Source: Lobosporangium transversale (lineage: Eukaryota). From it: a DNA stretch of 64,000 nt. The stretch is from contig NW_019029019.1 of assembly GCF_002105155.1 (NCBI RefSeq), positions 1 to 64,000 on the forward strand, written 5' to 3'. Below are positions 26,279-38,425 of this stretch, piece after piece. Each line of letters opens with the position of its first letter. The stretch's first letter is position 1. The position numbers were made by a program, and so were the translations under genes. Below the pieces are notes generated by a model that saw only the letters and a list, made by a program, of their open reading frames with translations, was not told where the DNA came from and did no database searches.

Positions 26279-26330
26279 GTCTTGTCTCGTTTGTCTTGTC
26301 TCGTTTGTCTTGTCTCGTTTGTCTTGTCTT
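26279..26330. repeat. 14-bp tandem repeat (GTCTTGTCTCGTTT) x3.5, mirrored at about 36762-36813
   Basis: Directly visible. Confidence 0.9.
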
Positions 26331-27870
26331 GGCAAGTGCGCCACCAAATTGAAACATCTGCACTCATCAATAACATCTTCAGCCTTGTTCAGGCGATTTT
26401 TTCTTAAAGTCATTGAATGGGCGCCCCCATTTCAACAATGCCATCGCAACATGCATCTTCAGCCATTGACCATTTCTGAATTAGTCCAATTACCTGAAAA
26501 CATGAGCATTCTTGTTGACGAAAAATATTACAGAAATTGTCAACGTGTCTGTAAGGTTTTCCACATTGCTTTGCCATGGCTCTTATCATTATAGTCTTTG
26601 ATCAAGTACCACGTATCATACCATCTCGACGAATGCCTACCATTGCCAGGGTGTGGCTCTTCAGATCATACAGACCATAGCACTGTCGAGTTTGTTCATC
26701 TGACTTACTCATCTAACCAAGTTCCATAGCCCCATACGACAGACTGAATGTTCCTTCAATGACCGAGACTCATAGTTACCCTTGGGATTGGAGCTTTGGA
26801 GAGTCCCTATATTATCACCTTGCGTGCGATAAATAAAACTGGTCTGTACTTGCTGCTTTGTATCAGTTTGAAGTAAATGTCTTTGAGCGACACAAGTATC
26901 TTTACTCTATTCTGCATATGGCCAAAGACCGTATCACTTCGCAGGCCTCTTAATCCTTAATCAACGGCGCTTGTTGGGGGATACTAGCTCGAAAGTGTCT
27001 AAAGTTGCAGAGCTTACATCCCAATCCTCATAGCTGCAGGGCCAACGGTGAAGACGACAGGGCAGTATCTACAGAATGGAGCTCCTTCAATATTCATGTG
27101 CATTTCCGTGTCTGAAGGGTTTAAATTTGAAGGGCGTCTTATCAAGCAGTGAAGAGATGGCAGTTATCCTGGGACACACAAAATCGTGGACGATGTTAGG
27201 ATTAAGCAGGACTTTCTCAGCTTGATTAGATAAACTATCAGAACCGAAAGACCTAGAACATCTAAAAATCCAGCCATGATCGTCGTGGAGCGGAAGGACT
27301 TGAAGAAGCGATATGGATTGTAGAGCAATGGCTTAGGATCAACGAACCGAGACCACATAGAAATTCTGCTTGGTAAAAGAATGTGGTGTCTTCGGTAAGA
27401 GAAAAAAAAAAAAAAAACTACAATAGAATAAAAAATAGATGCATTTATTGAGCATATCGTGGTCTTTAGTAACCGTCGAGTTTTGGAGGGAAACTGTGTT
27501 TGCTCTCCTATAGTCTCTCATGAAGCCCAAGCACGCGATCGCTTAAGTTTTGGGTTATGAATAGCTGAATGGATGTATATAAAACTACTTTGCGTCCGAT
27601 TCAGATATCTGACAGACAACTTGAGACGAAAGATCAAGAAATGCCTCTCAAGAATGTCTTCAAGATGTCGCCCACGAAGCAACTGCCGCAGTGAAAGGCT
27701 TCTGCAAAAGGATCTAGTCTTGAGAGACACACATGAAGCTTTGGAAGGCATATATTTTCTCACTCTTGTCATGCGGTGGCGAAGATTTTAAGAAAAAGGA
27801 TGCATATGTTACTCAAAAGAGAAATGAGGGAGCCTTGCATTCTGTCCTCATCCATCCAAGTACCACCGAC

Positions 27871-30800
27871 ATGGCGGAACATCAATACCAACAATTTCGA
27901 AGGGCTGGCATTATTGAGAGAGTTTGTGTCAGAATTGCTTCTACCTTTGCAAACAATGGCAGCTCGTCCTGCCATGTGAGTCTGCAAGACATTCGAGACG
28001 TGTTTCCAGATGCACAACGATTCAAACTGGAAGGACTTCCCATTCCATTCCTCATAGACCCTAATGGGAACAGGTGTGTTACTGATTATGGAGCGCTTTA
28101 ACAATTATCTTTGGAATATAAACGAAAAAACTCAATCTAGCATATTCTGTCTTCTTATCAGAGTCGAGCCACCATGCATTGCATTCTATCCTTACAAGAT
28201 TCTGGATGTCATTACAGAAGCGCCGCAGTTAGGAAACAGCAATAGCAGCAGCAGCAGCACTGAAGCTAGCAGTACCAACGTCAGCAGCACCAACACCAAC
28301 ACCAACACCAACACCAACACCAACACCAACACCAACACCAACACCAACGCCAACACCAACACCAGCACAAATACCAACACCGACAATACCAACTGCAGCT
28401 GCATTAGCAACAGCAATCACAGCACCGCCATCCACTTGCCTACATTGAGAAAGTCAGCAAAGTATGGGCGGGATACTCCTTCACCATTATCAAACTTGAT
28501 TCAATCTTTCAATTCACTCCTTACTACTCGCAACAATGCACATATCGAGGCGGTCAACTTTAACCTTGTGAAGGTTGCGGATTTGCTCTTGGAGGCCGAA
28601 GAGAAGGACGACAAGGTGGCTAATATGCTTTTGGAAACCAAAGAAAAGGACAGCGAGCTGTTTGAACTGAAAGATAAGGTGCTTAGTCTGGTATTGGAAA
28701 CCAAAGAGAAGGACAGCGAGATGTTTAAACTACAAGAGAAGATGCTTAAACTGCAAGAGGAGATGCTTAAACTGCAAGAGGAGATGCTTAAACTGCAAGA
28801 GGAGATGCTTAAACTGCAATTGGAAGCTACGGAGAAGAATGAAGAAATGCAGCATCAAAGCCTCAACAAACTTGCCCTGCTTCTACAGCATGTTGATGCT
28901 ATTCTCACCCAGAATACCGGACTTCACGAATATCTATTTCCCCGACTATTTATCATTTTACCTGTCGACCACACCAAGTGGGACCCAATGAATGTCTTGA
29001 AGAACAAGTTCCGTGTTCATTTCCTATGTGAATGTGGAGACCACGCTACAATGGCAAGCAAGAGTAGTCAGAGTCAACTCCATATTGTCAATCATGATGG
29101 GTACGAGATCCGAGACAGCGCGGGATTCTTCCGCAAGTATGGAAAGTACATGTTCATCCTCTTACAGTGGTTCAAGCTAGGAATGTCTTCGTCTGCATCT
29201 CTGGCACTATCCCCAGATTCGATAGATGCCGGTATCGATTGTTCAATCGACTATATGGAAGCACTCTCTAAAGAGGACCCAGCTTTGAGCAACATTGCTA
29301 CAATCGATGACTATGATGGACCGAAAGGATCTGATTTTCAAAATGTGAGGACATTCCTTCGAATCAATGATGAAGGCAGGAAATTCGGGGATTTGTACAG
29401 GATCATGACCGAAACAGGCCGGGTCAAATGGGTTTGTCTCGAACACTGTCGCTCGATGTATGAAGAAAAAGGACAGAAGGCATTTATAAATGCAGTGAAA
29501 GTGAATAATGGCGAATATAACTGGCATCTTGGTAAAGTAACTATCACATTGGGGTACAGAGAGGGAGCTAAAGAGCTCTTCGATGCACTAACCAGTTCAA
29601 GACGAGTTTACGAGTTGGATATCACATTTGGCTGGGATTGGACGGAGATTGATCTTGAAGCATTTGAGAATGCTTTGGCAGTGTCGAGTGTATCGAATCT
29701 TCGACTTGGCCTTGTACCGACCGACATAAAAGTATCCACAACGTCTGCGCGATATGAAAGCCTTATTCGCATTATAGAGCTCAGTAATATGAAAACAATC
29801 CATATTACTCTAACTCAGGACCACATAAAGCTTCTCAGTTTACGGCCCAGAAGATCGTCATGTCTTCAAAAGCTGACGTATGAGGTGAAGGCTCAATGGA
29901 TTGGAGTCATTGAATTACAAGGACTTGTAAATTCACTCAAGACTGGCGCGCCATTGACGATTTTGAACTTGCGTGACGGCTCAATCAAGGATGAAGGGGC
30001 TCTGGCACTGTCAGAGGTACTCAAGGTTAATACTAGTTTGACGACTTTGGACTTGGGTTACAACTCAGTTGGGGATGTAGGGGCTCAGGCATTGTCAGAG
30101 GCACTCAAGGCTAATGCAACACTAGCAACTTTGGACTTGTGGGACAACTCGATCGAAAAGGAAGGAGCTCTGGCATTGTCAGAGGCACTCAAGGTTAATA
30201 CTAGTTTGGCGACTTTGAACTTGGGTTACAACTCAATTGGGGATGAAGGAGCTCTGGCATTGTCAGAGGCACTCAAGGCTAATGCAACACTAACAACTTT
30301 GGACTTGTGGGACAACTCGATCGAAAAGGAAGGCGCTCAGGCATTGTCAGAGACGCTCGAAGTCAATGCAACTTTAACGACCTTGACCTTGGGCAACAAC
30401 AGAATTCGAAAGGAAGGAGCTCTGGCATTGTCAGAGGCACTCAAGGTTAATACTAATTTGTCGACTTTGGCCTTGGATGGCACCTCGATTGGAAAGGAAG
30501 AAGCTCTGGCATTGTCAGAGGCACTCAAGGCTAATGCAACACTAACAACTTTGGACTTGTGGGACAACTCGATCGAAAAGGAAGGCGCTCAGGCATTGTC
30601 AGAGACGCTCGAAGTCAATGCAACTTTAACGACCTTGACCTTGGGCAACAACAGAATTCGAAAGGAAGGAGCTCTGGCATTGTCAGAGGCACTCAAGGTT
30701 AATACTAGTTTGACGACATTGGCCTTGTGGTACAACTCAATTGGGGATGAAGGAGCTCTGGCATTGTCAGAGGCGCTCAAGATTAACACTAGTTTGACGA

Positions 30801-31033
30801 CATTGGACTTGGGCAACAATGGAATTCGAAAGGAAGGAGCTCTGGCATTGTCAGAGGCACTCAAGATTAATACTAGTTTGGCGACTTTGAACTTGCGTAG
30901 CAACTCAATTGTGGATGAAGGAGCTCTGGCATTGTCAGAGGCGCTCAAGATTAACACTAGTTTGACGACATTGGACTTGGAGCCCAACTCAATTGGACAA
31001 TTTCAGAAGCACTCAAGGAAAACGCAGTTTTAA
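27871..31033 (+). CDS. LRR protein copy A, ~1024 aa: small N-terminal header, (TN)n linker, coiled coil, Cys/His domain, 13 RI-type 28-aa LRRs (exons 27871-28073, 28162-31033)
   Basis: ATG 27871 MAEHQYQQF...LQDIRDVFPDAQRFK; in-frame GT-AG intron 28074-28161; repeats LxxLxLxxNxIxxEGAxALSEALKxNxx; the last repeat is frameshifted. Confidence 0.9.
28289..28362 (+). repeat. Coding (ACCAAC)n microsatellite giving a Thr-Asn linker (mirrored in copy B)
   Basis: Directly visible. Confidence 0.9.
28722..28818 (+). repeat. Coding 21-bp tandem repeat giving the heptad MLKLQEE, about 4.5 units (mirrored in copy B)
   Basis: GAGATGCTTAAACTGCAAGAG units. Confidence 0.9.
29954..30996 (+). repeat. 84-bp coding minisatellite (LRR array A, 13 units)
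   Basis: Near-invariant GCTCTGGCATTGTCAGAGGCACTCAAG every 84 bp. Confidence 0.95.
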
Positions 31034-31617
31034 CTCAATAAATAAGAGCGTCTTAAGCGTCAAATAAGGGACACTGATGCTGTTAGGCACACCCAGGACT
31101 GACTGACCGACTTTGGATCTTTTTTTGGGATACTTGATTGGTTGATGGTTGAAATAGCTCTAGAATAGTTAAAGAAAATAGTTTGGTTTAAATAAAAGGC
31201 TTGCTTGTAGCGGCCAAGCGGCCATGACAGCGTTGGCTTTTAATCCTTTGATGTCAGCTCTTCCCCTTTGAAAGCTCATTCCTTATAATGACAGCACATC
31301 AATATCAGTTCAGTGGAAGATTCGTACAAAGCTTTCTCCAATGTTAAGCTACGTAGAGCATAGTTACAAAATGTAAAGACGGTAAATTGTTCTCCCTTAG
31401 AACAGGGACTTCAATCAAGTCAGTTGAGGGAGCCCAAAGAAAAGATTGTCGCTTGGCTGCTACAAGCAAGGTTTTTATTTAAACCAAACTATTTTCTTTA
31501 ACTATTCTAGAGCTATTTCAACCATCAATCAACCAAGTATCCCAAAAGTCGGCCAGGCAGTCCTGAGTATGTCCAACAGCATCAGTGTCCCTTATTTGAC
31601 GCTTAAGACGCTCTTAT

Positions 31618-34600
31618 TTATTGAGTAAAAATTGCGTTTTCCTTGAGTGCTTCTGAAATTGCCAGATCTGCTTCCCCAATTAAGTTGTACCACAAGGCCA
31701 ATGTCGTCAAACTAGTGTTAACCTTGAGTGCCTCTGACAATGCCTGAGCTCCTTCCTTTTGAATTCTGTTGTTGCTCAAGCTCAATGTCGTCAAACTAGT
31801 GTTAACCTTGAGTGCCTCTGACAATGCCTGAGCTCCTTCATCCCCAATTGAGTTGTACCACAAGGCCAATGTCGTCAAACTAGTGTTAACCTTGAGTGCC
31901 TCTGACAATGCCAGAGCTCCTTCCTTTCCAATCGAGTTGCCACCCAAGGTCAAATCTGTTAAAGTTGCATTGGCCTTGAGCGCCTCTGACAATGCCAGAG
32001 CTCCTTCATCCCCAATTGAGTTGCTACGCAAGTTCAAAGTCGTCAAACTGGTATTAACCTTGAGTGCCTCTGACAATACCAGAGCTCCTTCCTTTTGAAT
32101 TCTGTTGTTGCCCAACTCCAATGTCGTCAAACTAGTGTTAATCTTGAGTGCCTTTGCCAATGCCAGAGCTCCCTCATCCCCAATTGAGTTGTACCACAAG
32201 TCCAATGTCGTCAAAGTAGTGTTAACTTTGAGTGCCTCTGACAATGCCAGAGCTTCTTCCTTTTCGATCGAGCTGTGGCACAAGTTCAAAGTCGTTAATG
32301 TTGCATTAGCCTTGAGTGCCTCTGACAATGCCTGAGCTCCTTCCTTTCCGATCGAGCTCTCATTCAAGTCCAATGTTGTCAAACTAGTGTTAACCTTGAG
32401 TGCTTCTGACAATGCCAGAGCTTCTTCCTTTTCGATCGAGTTGTGACACAAGATCAAAGTCGTTAATGTTGCATTAGCCTTGAGTGCCTCTGACAATGCC
32501 TGAGCTCCTTCCTTTTGAATTCTGTTGTTGCTCAAGTCCAATGTCGTCAAACTAGTGTTAACCTTGAGTGCCTCTGACAATGCCAGAGCTTCTTCCTTTC
32601 CAATCGAGGTGCCATCCAAGGCCAAAGTCGACAAATTAGTATTAACCTTGAGTGCCTCTGACAATGCCAGAGCTCCTTCCTTTCGAATTCTGTTGTTGCC
32701 CAAGGTCAAGGTCGTTAAAGTTGCATTGACTTCGAGCGTCTCTGACAATGCCTGAGCGCCTTCCTTTTCGATCGAGTTGTCCCACAAGTCCAAAGTTGTT
32801 AGTGTTGCATTAGCCTTGAGTGCCTCTGACAATGCCAGAGCTCCTTCATCCCCAATTGAGTTGTAACCCAAGTTCAAAGTCGCCAAACTAGTATTAACCT
32901 TGAGTGCCTCTGACAATGCCAGAGCTCCTTCCTTTTCGATCGAGTTGTCCCACAAGTCCAAAGTTGCTAGTGTTGCATTAGCCTTGAGTGCCTCTGACAA
33001 TGCCTGAGCCCCTACATCCCCAACTGAGTTGTAACCCAAGTCCAAAGTCGTCAAACTAGTATTAACCTTGAGTACCTCTGACAGTGCCAGAGCCCCTTCA
33101 TCCTTGATTGAGCCGTCACGCAAGTTCAAAATCGTCAATGGCGCGCCAGTCTTGAGTGAATTTACAAGTCCTTGTAATTCAATGACTCCAATCCATTGAG
33201 CCTTCACCTCATACGTCAGCTTTTGAAGACATGACGATCTTCTGGGCCGTAAACTGAGAAGCTTTATGTGGTCCTGAGTTAGAGTAATATGGATTGTTTT
33301 CATATTACTGAGCTCTATAATGCGAATAAGGCTTTCATATCGCGCAGACGTTGTGGATACTTTTATGTCGGTCGGTACAAGGCCAAGTCGAAGATTCGAT
33401 ACACTCGACACTGCCAAAGCATTCTCAAATGCTTCAAGATCAATCTCCGTCCAATCCCAGCCAAATGTGATATCCAACTCGTAAACTCGTCTTGAACTGG
33501 TTAGTGCATCGAAGAGCTCTTTAGCTCCCTCTCTGTACCCCAATGTGATAGTTACTTTACCAAGATGCCAGTTATATTCGCCATTATTCACTTTCACTGC
33601 ATTTATAAATGCCTTCTGTCCTTTTTCTTCATACATCGAGCGACAGTGTTCGAGACAAACCCATTTGACCCGGCCTGTTTCGGTCATGATCCTGTACAAA
33701 TCCCCGAATTTCCTGCCTTCATCATTGATTCGAAGGAATGTCCTCACATTTTGAAAATCAGATCCTTTCGGTCCATCATAGTCATCGATTGTAGCAATGT
33801 TGCTCAAAGCTGGGTCCTCTTTAGAGAGTGCTTCCATATAGTCGATTGAACAATCGATACCGGCATCTATCGAATCTGGGGATAGTGCCAGAGATGCAGA
33901 CGAAGACATTCCTAGCTTGAACCACTGTAAGAGGATGAACATGTACTTTCCATACTTGCGGAAGAATCCCGCGCTGTCTCGGATCTCGTACCCATCATGA
34001 TTGACAATATGGAGTTGACTCTGACTACTCTTGCTTGCCATTGTAGCGTGGTCTCCACATTCACATAGGAAATGAACACGGAACTTGTTCTTCAAGACAT
34101 TCATTGGGTCCCACTTGGTGTGGTCGACAGGTAAAATGATAAATAGTCGGGGAAATAGATATTCGTGAAGTCCGGTATTCTGGGTGAGAATAGCATCAAC
34201 ATGCTGTAGAAGCAGGGCAAGTTTGTTGAGGCTTTGATGCTGCATTTCTTCATTCTTCTCCGTAGCTTCCAATTGCAGTTTAAGCATCTCCTCTTGCAGT
34301 TTAAGCATCTCCTCTTGCAGTTTAAGCATCTCCTCTTGCAGTTTAAGCATCTTCTCTTGTAGTTTAAACATCTCGCTGTCCTTCTCTTTGGTTTCCAATA
34401 CCAGACTAAGCACCTTATCTTTCAGTTCAAACAGCTCGCTGTCCTTTTCTTTGGTTTCCAAAAGCATATTAGCCACCTTGTCGTCCTTCTCTTCGGCCTC
34501 CAAGAGCAAATCCGCAACCTTCACAAGGTTAAAGTTGACCGCCTCGATATGTGCATTGTTGCGAGTAGTAAGGAGTGAATTGAAAGATTGAATCAAGTTT

Positions 34601-35221
34601 GATAATGGTGAAGGAGTATCCCGCCCATACTTTGCTGACTTTCTCAATGTAGGCAAGTGGATGGCGGTGCTGTGATTGCTGTTGCTAATGCAGCTGCAGT
34701 TGGTATTGTCGGTGTTGGTATTTGTGCTGGTGTTGGTGTTGGCGTTGGTGTTGGTGTTGGTGTTGGTGTTGGTGTTGGTGTTGGTGTTGGTGTTGGTGTT
34801 GGTGCTGCTGACGTTGGTACTGCTAGCTTCAGTGCTGCTGCTGCTGCTATTGCTGTTTCCTAACTGCGGCGCTTCTGTAATGACATCCAGAATCTTGTAA
34901 GGATAGAATGCAATGCATGGTGGCTCGACTCTGATAAGAAGACAGAATATGCTAGATTGAGTTTTTTCGTTTATATTCCAAAGATAATTGTTAAAGCGCT
35001 CCATAATCAGTAACACACCTGTTCCCATTAGGGTCTATGAGGAATGGAATGGGAAGTCCTTCCAGTTTGAATCGTTGTGCATCTGGAAACACGTCTCGAA
35101 TGTCTTGCAGACTCACATGGCAGGACGAGCTGCCATTGTTTGCAAAGGTAGAAGCAATTCTGACACAAACTCTCTCAATAATGCCAGCCCTTCGAAATTG
35201 TTGGTATTGATGTTCCGCCAT
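31618..35221 (-). CDS. LRR protein copy B, ~1171 aa, same N-terminal part as copy A but 18 LRRs (exons 35221-35019, 34930-31618)
   Basis: Mirror of copy A through LRR7, then 11 different repeat units and an intact terminal repeat. Confidence 0.9.
31630..33138 (-). repeat. 84-bp coding minisatellite (LRR array B, 18 units)
   Basis: Same unit on the minus strand. Confidence 0.95.
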
Positions 35222-38200
35222 GTCGGTGGTACTTGGATGGATGAGGACAGAATGCAAGGCTCCCTCATTTCTCTTTTGAGTAACATATGCATCCTTTTTC
35301 TTAAAATCTTCGCCACCGCATGACAAGAGTGAGAAAATATATGCCTTCCAAAGCTTCATGTGTGTCTCTCAAGACTAGATCCTTTTGCAGAAGCCTTTCA
35401 CTGCGGCAGTTGCTTCGTGGGCGACATCTTGAAGACATTCTTGAGAGGCATTTCTTGATCTTTCGTCTCAAGTTGTCTGTCAGATATCTGAATCGGACGC
35501 AAAGTAGTTTTATATACATCCATTCAGCTATTCATAACCCAAAACTTAAGCGATCGCGTGCTTGGGCTTCATGAGAGACTATAGGAGAGCAAACACAGTT
35601 TCCCTCCAAAACTCGACGGTTACTAAAGACCACGATATGCTCAATAAATGCATCTATTTTTTATTCTATTGTAGTTTTTTTTTTTTTTTTCTCTTACCGA
35701 AGACACCACATTCTTTTACCAAGCAGAATTTCTATGTGGTCTCGGTTCGTTGATCCTAAGCCATTGCTCTACAATCCATATCGCTTCTTCAAGTCCTTCC
35801 GCTCCACGACGATCATGGCTGGATTTTTAGATGTTCTAGGTCTTTCGGTTCTGATAGTTTATCTAATCAAGCTGAGAAAGTCCTGCTTAATCCTAACATC
35901 GTCCACGATTTTGTGTGTCCCAGGATAACTGCCATCTCTTCACTGCTTGATAAGACGCCCTTCAAATTTAAACCCTTCAGACACGGAAATGCACATGAAT
36001 ATTGAAGGAGCTCCATTCTGTAGATACTGCCCTGTCGTCTTCACCGTTGGCCCTGCAGCTATGAGGATTGGGATGTAAGCTCTGCAACTTTAGACACTTT
36101 CGAGCTAGTATCCCCCAACAAGCGCCGTTGATTAAGGATTAAGAGGCCTGCGAAGTGATACGGTCTTTGGCCATATGCAGAATAGAGTAAAGATACTTGT
36201 GTCGCTCAAAGACATTTACTTCAAACTGATACAAAGCAGCAAGTACAGACCAGTTTTATTTATCGCACGCAAGGTGATAATATAGGGACTCTCCAAAGCT
36301 CCAATCCCAAGGGTAACTATGAGTCTCGGTCATTGAAGGAACATTCAGTCTGTCGTATGGGGCTATGGAACTTGGTTAGATGAGTAAGTCAGATGAACAA
36401 ACTCGACAGTGCTATGGTCTGTATGATCTGAAGAGCCACACCCTGGCAATGGTAGGCATTCGTCGAGATGGTATGATACGTGGTACTTGATCAAAGACTA
36501 TAATGATAAGAGCCATGGCAAAGCAATGTGGAAAACCTTACAGACACGTTGACAATTTCTGTAATATTTTTCGTCAACAAGAATGCTCATGTTTTCAGGT
36601 AATTGGACTAATTCAGAAATGGTCAATGGCTGAAGATGCATGTTGCGATGGCATTGTTGAAATGGGGGCGCCCATTCAATGACTTTAAGAAAAAATCGCC
36701 TGAACAAGGCTGAAGATGTTATTGATGAGTGCAGATGTTTCAATTTGGTGGCGCACTTGCCAAGACAAGACAAACGAGACAAGACAAACGAGACAAGACA
36801 AACGAGACAAGACAACGAGCTCGATACACAGTTCTGCAGGTCTAAGAAAGTGGGCAGAAAAAGGAGATCCCATGCTGGCCTTGCGACAAAGACTTGGACT
36901 CTAGAGAAAGGACAATAAAAGCTGCGGCTTTCTCATTATGAAGTCACCATTGCCATATAAACATGACGATGCCAGAAAGATCTTTTTTTTATTTCCATTT
37001 TGACACCCATAATGGGCAGTAGAGTGTTGATGGGTAGTTGTGCATAAATAAATAACAAAAAGACACCAGACTCTTCGCCTGTCTGCCGCGAAGCAGACAG
37101 CCCAGGGCGCACCACGTGGAGGTGGTCTGGTTGCGCGCCCCCCGGTCCATAAACCCTAGAGCAGTCTACCGACACGCCCGTCGCAGGGCCCAACCCGCCA
37201 TCCAACCTACAGCGTCCTGCAGGCTGCAAATGGAGTCCGTTGGACATTGGCTAGTACTCTCGAGCGCACTAACTCAACGCTTTGGAGGCCGTTACACCGT
37301 TACAGATTCAAAAGAGAAAGGAAAGAGAGGCCTTTTTATACGTTGTCAGGACCTAGTGGCTTGCTTTCTTTCATCTGTCACCAACCTTTGACATGGTCGA
37401 TCGATTGTGGGACCTTTTTTCCGTATGAAAAGCGCTTCGCAATTTGGAGGTTTTTTCATCTTTTTTCAACAAAGTGCAGTCCCATTTCCCCTCTAATGCT
37501 ATTGAATGAAAACCCATTTAATTTCTCTTCATCCTCTGAAATATCCAACAAGCATCCATCTGGCTACAATCCCATCTGCCTTTGACAATCAACAGCATCC
37601 TGGCTCTTTTTATTTTTATTTTCGTTTGCAGCTCTTTGCTGCGTGGTCTGTGCTCTCATACCAACAGAGTTTGTTTGTTTGCTTGTTTTGGTAAGATTGC
37701 AAGACAACAAAGAGAGCAGAGAGTGGGCGGAGTGGGGTGAATATATTTTACTGCACTATGACGCAGAGATGTAGATGTGCGTAGTCGCAACCTTAAACAA
37801 AGCTATCCCGAGAAACACATTGTCTTGCCTGTCTTACTGCTTTGAGGAACTGCATTGTCAGGATTGTCAGGATTGTCAGGATTGTCAGGGTGGTCGGGAT
37901 TGTCAGGATTGTTAGGATTATTAGGATTGCGATAGAAAAGGTAGACAGTATCGCAGCATTGCACCATGTTTATTAGATATTTCACACCGTCAAGCCATTT
38001 TTGATTACAACTCACAACAATTGACTGCGGATGAAAAAGAAAAAAAAAAAAAAAAAATTACATACCAAGTTGCCTATCCACTTCTCGTCTAACATTGGTG
38101 GCAAAAGAAATCAAAGCACTAAACTCAGGTCTAATCTTCCTGAACCTTCTTCACCATCATCGCTAAATGTTTAATTAGCATGCAATTGCCATTTGTTCAC

Positions 38201-38374
38201 TCCTGTCTCATTGCATTGATTGTAGAAAAAGAAAATAGTCCTTTATGTATTTTTGTTTTTGTTTCATGAGGCTTTGGACCAAGAAGTGGATCCGCTGCAA
38301 TAATGTTCTGTAAAGCTGAATGGACTTTATCGCTTCTTTCTTCACCTCTTGGTCTTACTTGGTCACTTCTCTTC

Positions 38375-38425
38375 CGCTTCTCTCTCGCTTCTCTCTCGCT
38401 TCTCTCTCGCTTCTCTCTCGCTTCT
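38375..38425. repeat. 11-bp tandem repeat (CGCTTCTCTCT) x4-5 at the outer edge of the right arm
   Basis: Directly visible; only one unit at the matching point of the left arm. Confidence 0.85.

Larger units (their letters stand above)
24649..31220 (+). repeat. Left arm of the ~13.8-kb inverted repeat (core 24708-30530 mirrors 38384-32562)
   Basis: ORFs from 25077 to about 29800 have identical minus-strand mirrors with coordinate sum 63092. The 3' flanks also mirror up to 31220/31450. Confidence 0.97.

Noticed and set aside
28064..28161. ORF-track start MGTGVLLIMERF for the LRR genes
   Set aside because: Reads through a GT-AG intron; the better-supported start is ATG 27871 (35221 in copy B).
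29954..33138. CRISPR-like look: conserved ~27-bp block alternating with variable segments
   Set aside because: The period is exactly 84 bp, in frame within LRR ORFs. The variable parts are homologous to one another, there are no cas genes, and the genome is eukaryotic.
36300..36640. Possible Tc1/mariner transposase remnant (VVWG and KDYNDKSH words; mirror at about 26450-26790)
   Set aside because: Only two short degenerate words in broken frames; needs a profile search.
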